DNA of 64,000 bases from Eledone cirrhosa (Eukaryota), in assembly GCA_964016885.1 (NCBI GenBank), contig OZ024740.1, positions 174,964,001 to 175,028,000 on the forward strand. The letters run 5' to 3'. A program made the translations under genes and the position numbers. This document shows positions 11,292 to 23,456 of this stretch, piece by piece. A model generated the notes under the pieces. It was not told the DNA's origin, did no database searches, and saw nothing but the letters and a program-made list of their open reading frames with translations. Position 1 is the first letter of the stretch; each line of letters starts with the position of its first letter.

Positions 11292-11640
11292 CTGTTTCTA
11301 CTTTTGGCACAAAGCCAGCAATTACCCAGTGCATTACTGGTACTTTATTTTATCGACCCCGTAAGGATGAAAGGCAAAGTCAACCTCGGCGGGATTTGAT
11401 AATAATAATAATAATAATAATGATAATTGTTTCTTAATATAGGCACAAGGCCAGCAATTTTGGCGGAGGGGAAAGTCGATTAAATTGACCTCAGTGCGTG
11501 ACTGGTACTTTATTTTATCGACCCCGTAAGGATGAAAGGCAAAGTTAACCTCGGCGGGATTTGAACTAAGAATGGCAAGGGCCGTAACTCTATACGTCAA
11601 AGCCTGGCGTCCGACCCTCTACCGATACTGCCAATCCATA
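11292..11640 (-). mobile_element. Two tandem SINE family A copies (short-form 3' half 11292-11400; long-form full length 11427-11640) in (AAT)n
   Basis: Direct match to the family A consensus, separated and flanked by (AAT)n. Confidence 0.88.
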
Positions 11641-11675
<35 letters not shown>

Positions 11676-12038
11676 AATGATATCATGATGATAAATCCAG
11701 AAAAATAAATAAATGGATGGTTTATGTTAATCATTTAACATAAAATAACAGCTTTTAACTTATTTTTAACAGAGTCAACAAATTACAGTATGATTGAATA
11801 GAAGAATAAAGTCACCGGCTTTGTAGTATCAACATAAATCTTAAATGTTTATGTACGTGAATATTAATGTATGGGTATATACAGATATATATATATATAT
11901 ATACATATCTCTGTGTATATGATATATATACATTTTTATATGTATATATATTTGTGTGTGTGTGGCATACATATACACTCACATGTATGTATGTGTACCC
12001 ATATATACATATAAATATATATATACATATATATATAT

Positions 12039-12069
<31 letters not shown>

Positions 12070-12575
12070 AAATGTATTTGCTAGTGCAAAGAATAATATA
12101 TTAATAAAGAATAATTGTTAGAAAATACATAAAATACTGTTTATCACTTGGGTAAAAAATATAATATCAATGAACCAAGTAATAAACAGTGTTCTATTAC
12201 TTCTGACAGTTATATAATTAATACATATATATATATATATGTGTGAACCTATGTGTGTATGTGTGTGTGTGCATGTGTGAGTGTGTATGTGTCACATGCC
12301 CTTGTGGGTATGTGGGTGTCAGTAACCTTTGGCTATGGCAGAGTCCAATTAATAGGATAGCATTGAACTATATCCCAGTTATAACTATAAGGAGGATTTC
12401 AGTTCATCATATCCAGTCTGTCTTCACATTTGCTTACAGCAGTATGATGTATTCTCTCCAGGGGAATTATTCACAGAATGGGTCAGCAATAACAGGTGTG
12501 AGAGCAGCCACACCCTTTAGATAGCATAGATAGCAGTCTATTCACACAGCTATTTATGATGTTCCAATATATATA

Positions 12576-12652
12576 CAGGGTGTCCAAAAAAATGTATACA
12601 GTCTTTGATTAGAATGTTGTTGAAGTGTGTATACATATTTGGGGACACCTTG
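12576..12652. mobile_element. 77-bp Tc1/mariner-type MITE
   Basis: TA-CAGGGTGTCCAAAAAAATGTATACA ... TGTATACATATTTGGGGACACCTTG-TA gives imperfect TIRs with TA flanks. A second, inverted copy lies at 32671-32745. Confidence 0.75.
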
Positions 12653-12942
12653 TATATGTATGTATGTGTGTATGTATGTATGTATATTCACACATATTGC
12701 AGGGAAAATGGATTTTAAATGGTGATGATAATAATGATGATGATGATATGATGATGATGATATGGATGTATATGATATGGATGTATATGATATATATATG
12801 TATATATATATATATGTATATATATATGTATATACATATATATCTCTATATATATATGTGTGTATGTGTGTATGTGTGTGTGTGTATGTTATACACACAC
12901 ACACACACATACACACATATATATAGATATATATATATATAC

Positions 12943-12980
<38 letters not shown>

Positions 12981-12984
<4 letters not shown>

Positions 12985-13033
12985 AAGTATGACCCCGACG
13001 GCAGAGCTCAAGCTGTCGGGGTCATACTTTTTC
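12981..13033. repeat. 53-bp near-perfect hairpin embedded in (TA)n
   Basis: gaaaaagtatgaccccgacggc-agagctcaa-gctgtcggggtcatactttttc: 22-bp arms with one G-T wobble and a 9-nt loop. Confidence 0.9.
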
Positions 13034-13116
13034 ATATATATATATATACCCTAAGTATTGAGTACTCTGGTGCATTATGGTCCATCTGGTTCCTTACCAC
13101 AACTCCTTCGTTATAC

Positions 13117-13200
<84 letters not shown>

Positions 13201-13201
<1 letters not shown>

Positions 13202-13256
13202 AGCCAGAATCAGTTCCCATCCCACCCTTGCAAGCGGACATGAAATGAAAATGAAA
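13201..13256 (+). mobile_element. Isolated 3' tail of SINE family B within (TA)n
   Basis: aagccagaatcagttcccatcccacccttgcaagc..ggacatgaaatg matches 22661-22720. Confidence 0.75.
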
Positions 13257-13759
13257 ATTATATATATATATAAATTTACATACGTATATGTATATATGTA
13301 TATATATATATATATGTTTGTATGTGTGTGTATTGCTGTTTTTATCTATATATATTAGATATATTGTCCTCTGCCACAGTTAAGAAAAACAGATTTTAGA
13401 CATGATTGCTGTAAGTAGAGTAAAGTATAGAGATTGGACTGGATTCAACTGGGATGGAATAGCAAATGGTGGGAAGATATTGGGGGTAAATAGAGAAACA
13501 GCATAATGAACAATGACAACAATGATGACAATGTTGATAAAACAGCACTGAATGTACTCAAGTTGCACAGAGTTGTGCTCAATAATGTAGTGACAGCATA
13601 CTATAGAAATAAAACTAATGATGATGATGATGATAATTTATTTTATCTGAAACAAAGTGGTTATAGTAAGTTGAACTGACTGTCTGTGACTCTAATGATG
13701 ATGATGGTGATAACAACAACATCAACAACAACAATAATAATAATGATTTAATAATAATT

Positions 13760-14365
13760 CTTTCTAGCATTGGCAAAAGGCAAACAATTTTGAGGAAGGG
13801 GAAAGTCGATTATATTGACCTCTCTACTTGACTGGTTTTATTGACAACAGAAAGATGAAAGGCTAAGTTGACCTTAGTGGGATTTGGACTCTGAATATAA
13901 AGAGCTTTTTTTCTGATTCTCTAATGATTCTGCCAATAGTAATAATTGTTTCTACTTTGGGCACAAGGCCAGCTATTATCCCAGCGCATTACTGGTACTT
14001 TATTTTATCGACCCCGTAAGGATGAAAGGCAAAGTTAACCTCGATGGGATTTGAACTCAGACCGTAAAGGGACGTAACTATGCTGGAAAGCATGGCGTCC
14101 GATCCTCTACCGATACTGCCAATCATGATGATAAATGCAGTGAGAATACACAATAAAAATAAGACTAATAATAATAATGATAATAATAGTAATAATAATT
14201 GTTTCTACTTTTGGCACAAGACCAGCGATTATCCAGTACATTACTGGTACTTTATTTTATCGACCTGGCAAGGATGAAAGGCAAAGTTAACTTCAGCAGG
14301 ATTTGAACTCAGACCATGAAGGGATGTAACTATGCTGGAAAGCATGGTGTCCGACTCTCTACTAA
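13760..14365 (-). mobile_element. Cluster of three SINE family A copies (13760-13940 old; 13945-14123; 14200-14365)
   Basis: Repeated family A core on the minus strand, separated by (AAT)n. Confidence 0.85.
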
Positions 14366-14367
14366 TA

Positions 14368-15615
14368 CACACAGGCTAAACATTCTCTTTAAGTCCAATC
14401 TATATACAAGAAACTCAATTCTTGCTGTAAACACTTGGGCTATACTGGTGATATGGTACAGCGCTGGAATCCTCATGTTGACTAGGGCTGAGTTTGATGA
14501 GACAGACTGCAGAACAAGAAAAATAATGACTATGCATAAGTGTAAACTAGCTGTTCATGAAATGGAAAATATTGAAAGTAAAGAATAGTTTAACCCTTTA
14601 GCATTTACATTACTCTATATATACTATTGAATTTTTGTGGTAAAGTCTTTACCTCACATAATTATTTCACATAATATTGAATCTTTTAGATTTTGATAAC
14701 AATACCTTAACATCAGTATGAGTGGTAAGTTATGGCCGGTGAGAGAGTTGTGGCCTGATACGACCAGTTTAAATGCTAAAGGGATACATGATGAATCTCT
14801 GCAGAGAAAAGCATTGGAAAGACAATGCATGGCCAATTTGAAGGATAAACGTCTGAACTAAAGACTACGAGGTCTAGAGATTGGCTCTCCTACAATAATC
14901 TAAAAAGGGAGTACTGTTGAACTCAGTCCAAGACTAAGTTTTGTGTACTAAGCTGGTGAATAAAGGAATATATCATTTTGTTGAAAGTGTGAAGTGCTGT
15001 CTGTGTGAAATTAATACAGAATGTATAACTCGCATAGTGCACACTTGCAAAATGCTAGCCCCAAAAGAATATAAACAAAGACATGACAAGATCTGTTGGT
15101 CCCTTTACAGGTCAATGTGCAAAAAGTATTGATATGAAGTGTCCAAAAAGTAGTACCAACATGTCCCATAGTGTATCTTTGATGACAGAGACAAACCAAA
15201 GATATCTAAGATACTCTGGGAATTCATTATACATAAGGACTGCAAGTTTGAACACAATACATCTGATGCTGTAGTTATGCACAGAAATAGGCATGAATGA
15301 CAGAATATTGATGTTATCATTTCAGAAGACTCCCAACTGAGACTTGAAAGAAATTAAGAACATAACAAAATATACTAACTTAAAGATTGATATTAAATGA
15401 ATGTGGTCAATACCAACTAACAATATCATATAATTCCAGTTATGATTAGAGATTTTGTGCTCAATACCACTGAAAGTGAGAGAGTATCTTGTGCAAATAG
15501 ACCTTGAATAACAAATCACTCTCCTACAAAAGACTACCCTGTTGGGCATTGCACATATACTCAGGAAAGTACTATCTGTCTAAGGTTGAGACTTGACGCT
15601 CAGTAGAAGATCCAG
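14368..15615 (+). mobile_element. Decayed RLE-type (R4/Dong-like) non-LTR retrotransposon, 3' portion
   Basis: RLNILFKSNLYTRNSILAVNTWAILVIWYSAGI...DCRTRKIMTMH (post-RT thumb region). CCLCEINTECITRIVHTCKMLAPKEYKQRHDKI (CCHC-knuckle region plus RHD motif). ILWEFIIHKDCKFEHNTSDAVV (endonuclease PD region). Ends AHILRKVLSV*. Many frameshifts and stops. Confidence 0.8.
14594..14783. mobile_element. piggyBac-type MITE inserted in the RLE LINE
   Basis: ttaa-CCCTTTAGCATTTA ... TAAATGCTAAAGGG, 14-bp perfect TIRs. Related copy at 43226-43401. Confidence 0.75.
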
Positions 15616-15634
15616 TAATCATTATATTTACTAT

Positions 15635-15732
15635 GAGGTTAACTTTGCCTTTCATCCTTACGGGGTCAATAAAATAAAGTACCAGTAATGTACTGAGGAA
15701 TTGCTGGCTTTGTGCCAAAAGTAGAAACAATT
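15635..15732 (+). mobile_element. SINE family A, 3' half
   Basis: gaggttaactttgcctttcatccttacggggtcaataaaataaagtaccag...aaagtagaaacaattat. Confidence 0.8.
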
Positions 15733-15902
15733 ATATTTACTGTTCAAATTATCAATAATATTAATAATAACTCTTTCTAATAAGGACCTGGTGAAAATTG
15801 AAATCAAAATGTAGATATCCGTGATGAAATACTTCAATGCATTTCATTTAAAGTACTAACAATTCTACCAATCCCCTACGCTCAATAACAACAATAATAA
15901 TA

Positions 15903-17345
15903 ATTGTTTTTACTTTTGGCACAAGGCCAGCAATTACCCCAGTGCATTACTGGTGCTTTATTTTATCGACCCTGTAAGGATGAAAGGCAAAGTTAACCAT
16001 GGTAGGATTTGAACTCAGACTGTTAAGGACCATAACTCTATGCTGCAAAGCATGGTGTCTGACACTTTACCAATATTGCCAATCCACCATAATAATAATA
16101 GTGAGGATGAAGATGAGATTTATATGATGATGATGATGATGATGATGTTGATTTTTCCCATCGTACATGACCATAAATCTGTAGGGGTGTTGTAATAGAA
16201 CTGACCAACTATGACTCTGGAGGGATGATATGAGAGGTTGCCCTACCCACCACCACAGCAGAAGTATTTGAGCTCAGATCAGACAGAAGTGAAACTAAAA
16301 TGCTATAAGGAATTTAGTCAGGCGCTCAATTAATTATAAGAATACATTACCTAAATTGTAATAATAATAATTCTTTCAAACATTGCCTCAAGACCAGCAT
16401 TTTAGGGGATGGGTAATGTCAACTATATCAACCATAGTACTTAACTGTTGTTTTATTTTATCAGCCCCAGGAAGGGTTAATGGCAAAATTGATCTTGGTA
16501 GAATTTAATAAATGCCACAAAACATTTTGTCTCATGCTCTACTGATTCTACAAATCTATAGATAATAATTGTTTCTACTTTAGGCATAAGGCCATCAATT
16601 TGAAGGGGAGGGGAAAGTCGATTAAATCGACCCTAGTTCATTAATGGTGCTTTATTTTATCAACCCCGTAAGGCAAAAAAACCTCGGTGGGATTTGAACG
16701 CAGAACATATCATCATCATCATCATCATAAAGAGTCGTAATTCTATATGCTGCAGAGCAGGGTATCTGGTGCTCTACCGATTTTGACCAATCCACTGCCC
16801 TAAATCCATAAATAATAATAATAATATTTTCTAGCAACAAAACCAAAAATTTGTGGTGAGGGGGTTAGTTGATAAAATCAACTACAATACTTGGTTGGTA
16901 TTTTATCTTATTGTCCATGGAAGGATAAAAGGTAAACTCAACTCTGGCACAATTTGAACTCACAACATAAAGGCTCCTCACTAAATGCAGCAAGTGATTT
17001 AGTGTATCACTCTATCAATTCTACCATTCAATAATAATGATCGTTCCAGTGTAGCCATCTGTCATGTAGTAAATAAATTACTATTTGCTTCAACCCCATG
17101 ACTGGCACTTTATTTAATTGATCCTAGAGAGATGAATGGTAAAGTTGACCTTGGCTAGATTTGAACTCAGAATGTAAATCTTTATAACTAAATACTTCAA
17201 ACCATTTAGCCTGATGCTCTAGTGATTTTGTCAATCTGCTGCCCATTTATCATTTTTATCATAGGCATTAAGTGAGAAATTTGTGGGGAGGTGTTGGTCA
17301 ACTAAAATGATCTCAGCACTTGACTGGTAGATTATTTTATTGATG
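15903..17345 (-). mobile_element. Cluster of SINE family A copies of different ages (15903-16088, ~16370-16560, 16568-16800, ~16830-17030, ~17100-17345)
   Basis: Recurrent ggtactttattttatcgaccc / gatgaaaggcaaagtt / gatttgaactcag motifs, all on the minus strand. Confidence 0.75.
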
Positions 17346-18298
17346 ATGATGAGGATAATGATAATGATGATACCAACAACAACAACAACAATAATAATAA
17401 TAATGATTTTTTTTTATTGGCCACTGGAGTCGAAAATGTTTTTTTTTTTTTTACTTTGTCAATTAACAAGCTGATCAAAGTGAAGTCAAGAAAGAGAAAA
17501 ATATGTAAGAATCTATGTTTTCTAAGACTATCACCAGTTTCTTTATACTCCAGATTTCTCTTTATGTGTTTATAAGAATATCTTCATAAAGCTTTCTCAT
17601 GCTGCCTAGAGAGAGTGACAACTCTAGCTATACAAAGTTATAAAATAAGGTTTAGTTGTATGTATAAAAGAAAGATTTCTTAAAAGCTAGTTTTTGTTTT
17701 ATTTTTCAATTGCAACAGAATAAAAGCAGTTGCTTACAAGATAACAAAGCTCTCATGTTTGAGTCAAGACAATATTAGGTGCACATAAGTGGCTGTATGA
17801 ATATGTATTCCTTCCTTAGGCCCTCTACTCCTGATAGAGTTGTAGGGGCACCTCTATGATATATGGCACGTCTTAGGCATTTTGAACCTAGCAAAACCCA
17901 TTCCTCACCAGGAAGTCTGAACATAGCTGATTTCTTCCAGAGACAAAAGAGAGAGAGAGAGAGAGAGCAAAAATATCACCTCAGTACTGAGCTGGTATTT
18001 TATATATTGACCCTGAAAGGATGACAAAGTTGATCTCAGTCGGTTTTGAACTCAAAGTGATGTTCTGACGACACCATCAATTCAATGCCTTATTGGTGTA
18101 TATCTGAAAATGAAATATCAAGGATTTCTTTTAGCCAATCATGAGGATTAGTGAAAGTGAACTGAATTTGATGGGATAGAAAAATAAGAGAACTCAGACA
18201 GAATTTCAACTCAAAACATTGAAATATAGAACTAAATACTACAAAGCACTCATCCGAGCATCAGTGCATCTAAATAATTTTTTATGACTGCTATTTAA

Positions 18299-18745
18299 CC
18301 CTTTTGAGACCAAACTGCCTGATTATGTTCTATGATGTGAAGCTGTTTATTTTAAATTGCTTATATTTATCTAAAAACCTTCTATTATAACATTTTGTAA
18401 GAAACTTAGTCAAGTTATATTTCCAAATACCAGCTTAACTCTTCATGTCCTGTACAAGAAACTGGATTAGCAAGACATTCTTGAAAAGTACAAAACAGCT
18501 GTATGACTTCATCACATTTGAAATTAAAATCTTTACTTTAATACAACAAATTTTCACAGAAGTTTTTCCACAAGTAAATACTATAAATATTTGAATTGAA
18601 CTTATTTTTAATTATTTTTCTGTTAAGTTATAACATGATGCTAGAGTTAATATTGAGAAAGTTAGTTATATTACTAAATCCCTTCAAATTCTTGATTTAA
18701 AAATTATAGGCAGTGATTTTCACAATAAATATGGTAACAATAATA
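18299..18745. mobile_element. TTAA-type MITE containing a nested second TTAA MITE (18439-18646)
   Basis: Outer element begins ttaa-CCCTTTTGAG. The inner element is bounded by ttaa-CTCTTCATGTC ... CATGATGCTAGAG-ttaa. Removing it restores the sequence seen at ~455-500. Confidence 0.55.
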
Positions 18746-18749
18746 GCAG

Positions 18750-19885
18750 GTATGGAAGAGGGATTCTTATTTCCAAGTTGGCGGATGGTCTGCCAGAACA
18801 CTTTATTTGTTGATCTGAAGTTGGATTAACTTAACCCCAAATTCTTAACTCATGTCTTAACTTTGGACACCTTTACTGTCTCTGCTGCGATTCTTCTGCT
18901 TGTACCGCAAGTGCAAGAAGGACATATTTCCAAGCCAAGCTCTGTAAGCCTCTTTCTTTGCTTGGATGGCATTTTTAACCTCTTGATTGAATCAAGGGGT
19001 TCTCCTGCTATCTGGCACCACATCAAGCTTCTTTCACCAGCAGCATTTAACAGCTGAAGCAGAAACTGCTGCACTGAACAATCTCCACTCTGTTTCAATG
19101 GCCTCAGTTTCCTCAAGGAGTTCCCTGAATTTGGATGCAATAGTATCTGCATACCTGGTTCTAACTTCCTTATCCACCAATGCTTCCCACTTTATCTTGT
19201 AGATTGCTTTGAACCTGCCAGTTTTGTAGGATTCTTTTGCTTTAGGTAGTCTCAAGTTGCAGATAACTAGATGGTGATCAGTTGACAGCTCAGCCCCTCC
19301 CTTAATACGAACATCCAGCACAGAATCAAAGAGATCAGAGACAATAAGAAAATCAATTATTTATCTCTGTCCCTGATTCCTCTTATACCATGTATATTTA
19401 TGATGTCTCCTTGTTGAAAGGTGTTCATAATAGAGAGTGCATTGCTAGAACAGAAGTTTAGTAAGGCCTTTCCATTCATATTCAGATTGGGGTCACCATT
19501 TCTTCAAATCACTCCTTTCCATGTCAGGCAGTCAGTGCAAACATGTGCATTGAAGTCTCCCATTAGGATATATGACCCAGTCTTAACTACATCTAATATC
19601 CCCACTCCCACTTGTGCAGTCATTTCTGGCGCCACACCTGAATAGTGAAGTTTCAATCCTTCATCTAAATCTAGAGTATAAGTGCCACGGAACTTTGTTG
19701 AGGAAATCCCAACTATATCTAACCGGTAGCATCTAGCCTACTCTCCTAGTTCCTGCTCCTTACCTGTAAGGGTTGTGTTGTTCCAGGTTCCAACTGTCAA
19801 GGTTTGCTCCCTTCCAGACCCTCTTTGGGGTCTCGGGATACACAATCTTTGTGCATCCATCCCACGCCTCCCAGGCCCATCGAGA
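18750..19885 (-). mobile_element. Decayed RTE/Expander-like LINE, AP-endonuclease region
   Basis: Minus strand motifs TVGTWN..LTGKEQEL, YRLDIVGISST, LMGDFNAHV, LDVRIKGGAELSTDHHLV and NKVFWQTIRQL, with stops and frameshifts. Confidence 0.85.
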
Positions 19886-19894
19886 GAGATTGTT

Positions 19895-20092
19895 CCAATT
19901 AAGCCTCCCTAGTAAAGTGTATGCAAAGTGTTTGGCAAAACGATGCAGGGAGATTGTCGAGTACCAAGCTTGCTGATGAACAGTGTGGTTTTTGCCACAG
20001 ATGCAGCACAGCTGACCAAATATTCACACTGTGGCAGTTCATTGAGAAATCATGGGAGTATTGCCAAGAGGTATATTCTTGTTTAGTCAACA
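19895..20092 (+). mobile_element. RT N-terminal fragment of an RTE/Expander-like LINE, opposite orientation to the adjacent endonuclease part
   Basis: LSLPSKVYAKCLAKR..EQCGFCHRCSTADQIFTLWQFIEKSWEY (RT motifs 1-2: QxGF, STxDQIF). Confidence 0.8.
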
Positions 20093-20189
20093 AGAATATA
20101 CCTGTGGAGGGAGTGTTTGAGGACTCTTCCCCCTCAACCCCCTCAGTAATAAGTGGGCGAAGAAGAAGAATATGATAACAAAAGGGTGA

Positions 20190-20730
20190 ATTGATAATAT
20201 AATACCGGTGTGTATTTAATAAATACCAAAGATATAAACAGAATACTTCTGCCTTGGCAAAATTTGAACCAAGAAGTGTAAAACAACAACAGTACAGCTG
20301 ATTCATAATGGATATTATCAACCATATAATATTACTGGTATCAACATTAATAAGATAAAATGGAAAAGTCTCCCTAGCCCAGATTTGAACCCAGGATTTC
20401 CAGTGACAAGATAAAATGAATGACTGCCACAAAAAGATTTGAACCTAGAAGTATTAAATAACTATACAACTGATTTATAATTGATGTTATCAACTGTATT
20501 ACATTACTGATACATAGTTTAACAACAATGAAGTAATAGAATGAAAAAATCTGCCTTGGTAATATTTGAACCCAGAACTATAAAACAGCACTGCAGCTGG
20601 TTTGTAATTGATATTATTGACTGTATTCTATTACTGGTACATAGTTTATCAATGTTGAAGACAGAAAGGAAAAAGTCTGTTCCAGCAAGATTTGAACCTC
20701 GATGTTCAAAACAATGGTCTCTATTTGTTG
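20190..20730. repeat. Degenerate ~125-bp tandem array containing a B-box-like motif
   Basis: ATTTGAACC recurs at 20262, 20383, 20437, 20564 and 20690, with shared cagctg.tt.ataattgatattat..actgtatt..attactg.tacatagttt segments. Confidence 0.65.
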
Positions 20731-22026
20731 AACTACTAAGTTACAAAACATAAAAAGGAAAACATAGACAACACAGGGTTTTACACTGATGCAAACATAA
20801 ACACAGCCATTGGAATAGTGGGAAGAGAGAAGATAGCAGTGCATAGGATGGGGGAGGAAGCAGAAAGAGCCTCATGTTTGTTATGGAGCAAAAAAAAGGA
20901 GATAAGCTAGAAGCCAGGAGGAGAAAATAGACAATGGCTCGGTCACCAATGGTCAACCAATTAATGGGAGGGTGTTACAATTCAGGATCAAAACATCCAA
21001 TGAATGCTAGACAACAGCTGATGTTATCAATTCCTCCTGGCCAAGGCTACATTCACCAATGGTGAATGAATATTAGGCATCTTTTGTAAGATGTACTTAT
21101 TCTTATAAATGTGTGTGTGTGTAAGGTACCAAGTAGTGTGATAGAACCCAAGATCACATGGTTGTGAAGTGAACTTCTTAAACACACATCCATACCTATG
21201 CATAGATAATCATCAACCTCATTATTTTACATCTGTTTTTCCATATATACATACATCAATACAACTAACATTTTCAGTATTATCAATGTTAAAGGGTTTA
21301 GTATCACACTAATCAACATTATATGAATATATCAACATTTCTAACACCACATGTTTAAGAACACTATAAGATTAAACCAGAAGCCAGTCACAGTACTCCA
21401 CTTTTTAGGAATACATCAATATCTAGCACCCTTATTATGAATGTTTTATGTATGTATGAAAGAGTCAAACCTCTGTCAAAACACACACTTCTACTCTATA
21501 TAAATAAATCAATATAAAAGTCTCTGACACCATCATTATTATTATGATTGTTAAAGCATTAAACTTCAGACAAGACACACCACTCAACAGGAATGGGTTA
21601 GTATATGTAACACCATTTGTTTTATGAAACTATGGGCTTAAACCAACGATGAGACACATGATTCCACTAAGTACAATAAAATGGATGACTTGTCTGAGTT
21701 TTAACACTTTAGCACTTATAATATATATAAAACCATACATGATGTATCTAACACGATTCATAATATGGTGAATGCTAAACAAGACACACCACTCTATTTC
21801 ATATGAACTTATCAGTAAATCTCATACAATTAGTATTATTATTGCTAAACCACAATCTATATTATAAATCAATATAACACCAATGGTATCATGTATGTTA
21901 AAGGGTTAAACTTTAGACAAGATGCACCACTCTATATAATAAATACATCAGCATATCTTACATAATTAGTATTTATAAATGCTAACAAGTTAAACATTAG
22001 TTAAGCTCTGGACAAGACACACATCT

Positions 22027-22088
<62 letters not shown>

Positions 22089-22201
22089 TTAGACCACAAA
22101 TTTCACAAGGAAGACATTATTAAAAGATTGTCAACATATTTAGTTTGATGTAAGGAATGTAGAGAATAATAATAATAATAATAATAATAATATTAATAAT
22201 A

Positions 22202-22318
22202 ATTGTTTCTACGTTAGGCACAAGGCCAGCAATTACCCAGTGTATTACTGGTACTTTATTTTATCGACCCCGTAAGGATGAAAGGCAAAGTTAACCTCGG
22301 CGGGATTTGAACTCAGAA
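22202..22318 (-). mobile_element. SINE family A, 5'-truncated short form in (AAT)n
   Basis: Direct match to the consensus. Confidence 0.85.
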
Positions 22319-22395
22319 TAATATTAATAATATTAATAATATTAATAATAATAATGCCTGTTTACAATTGTTTCGCTACTCCGTATAATATTTCT

Positions 22396-22739
22396 GAAAC
22401 ATGGCTTAGTGGTTAAAGCATTGGCCTTGCAATCGAAAGGTTGTGAGTTCAATTGTCAGACCGGATGATGTGTTGTTTCCTTGAGGAAGACACTTTATTT
22501 CACATTGCTCCAGTTTACTCAGCTGTAGAAATGAGATGATAGGGACTGAGGTCCCTATCATTCCACTGTAAAGTGGTCATGGAGGTGCTACGGCAAAAAA
22601 GCACCCAGCACTCACTGTAAATGAGGTTGGTGTTAGGAAGGGCATCCAGCTGTAGAAATCAAGCCAGAATCAGTTCCCATCCCACCCTTGCAAGCAGGGA
22701 AAAGCGGACGTAAAATGAAATGATGATGATGATGATGAT
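22396..22739 (+). mobile_element. SINE family B, full length
   Basis: A-box tggcttagtggttaaagc, B-box gagttcaattg, 11-bp hairpin at 22536-22561, RTE-like tail and (GAT)n. Confidence 0.9.
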
Positions 22740-23023
22740 TATTATTATTATTCTCTACATTCCTTACATCAAACTAAATATGTTGACAATCTTTAAATAA
22801 TGTCTTCCTTGTGAAATTTGTGGTCTTGTTTTGCTTACTAATTAATATTTCCAGCTCTGCGCACCTAACCTCTGCATGAACCCAGCCACCTAGCTGCTTT
22901 CTACTGCATATTGCACATTGAGCACATGCCTTTACGCTTTGGCTTCTAACTAACTCACCAATCTCTCCTCTCATATCTCCTCTACTATCTCAATCTCTCT
23001 CTTTAAGATTGGTTACTCTTGAA

Positions 23024-23076
<53 letters not shown>

Positions 23077-23182
23077 TATACTATATATATATATATATAC
23101 ATGCTATATATATATATATATGCACATATACTATATAATATATATACATACTATATATATATATATATCATATATATATACA

Positions 23183-23231
<49 letters not shown>

Positions 23232-23264
23232 AACATATCTAACACCATTATTATTATGAATGCT

Positions 23265-23456
23265 GTGGATAAACCGGTAGATTGGCAGTATCGGTAGAGA
23301 GTCGGACGCCATGCTTTCCAGCATAGTTACGTCCCTTTACGGTCTGAGTTCAAATCCCGCCGAGGTTCACTTTGCCTTTCATCCTTACGGGGTCGATAAA
23401 ATAAAGTACCAGTAATGTACTGGGTATTTGCTGGCCTTGTGCCAAAAGTAGAAACA
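23265..23456 (+). mobile_element. SINE family A, full length short form with 18-bp TSD
   Basis: attattattatgaatgct occurs at 23247-23264 and 23457-23474. A-box tggcagtatcggtagag, B-box gagttcaaatccc. Confidence 0.92.

Noticed and set aside
12554-13248. ORFs of 120-207 aa rich in Y/I/C/V/H/T (also 23009-23259, 25931-26342, 38507-38872, 39665-39944, 45433-45924, 47051-47731)
   Set aside because: They are translations of (TA)n/(CA)n/(TG)n microsatellites, which lack stop codons by construction.
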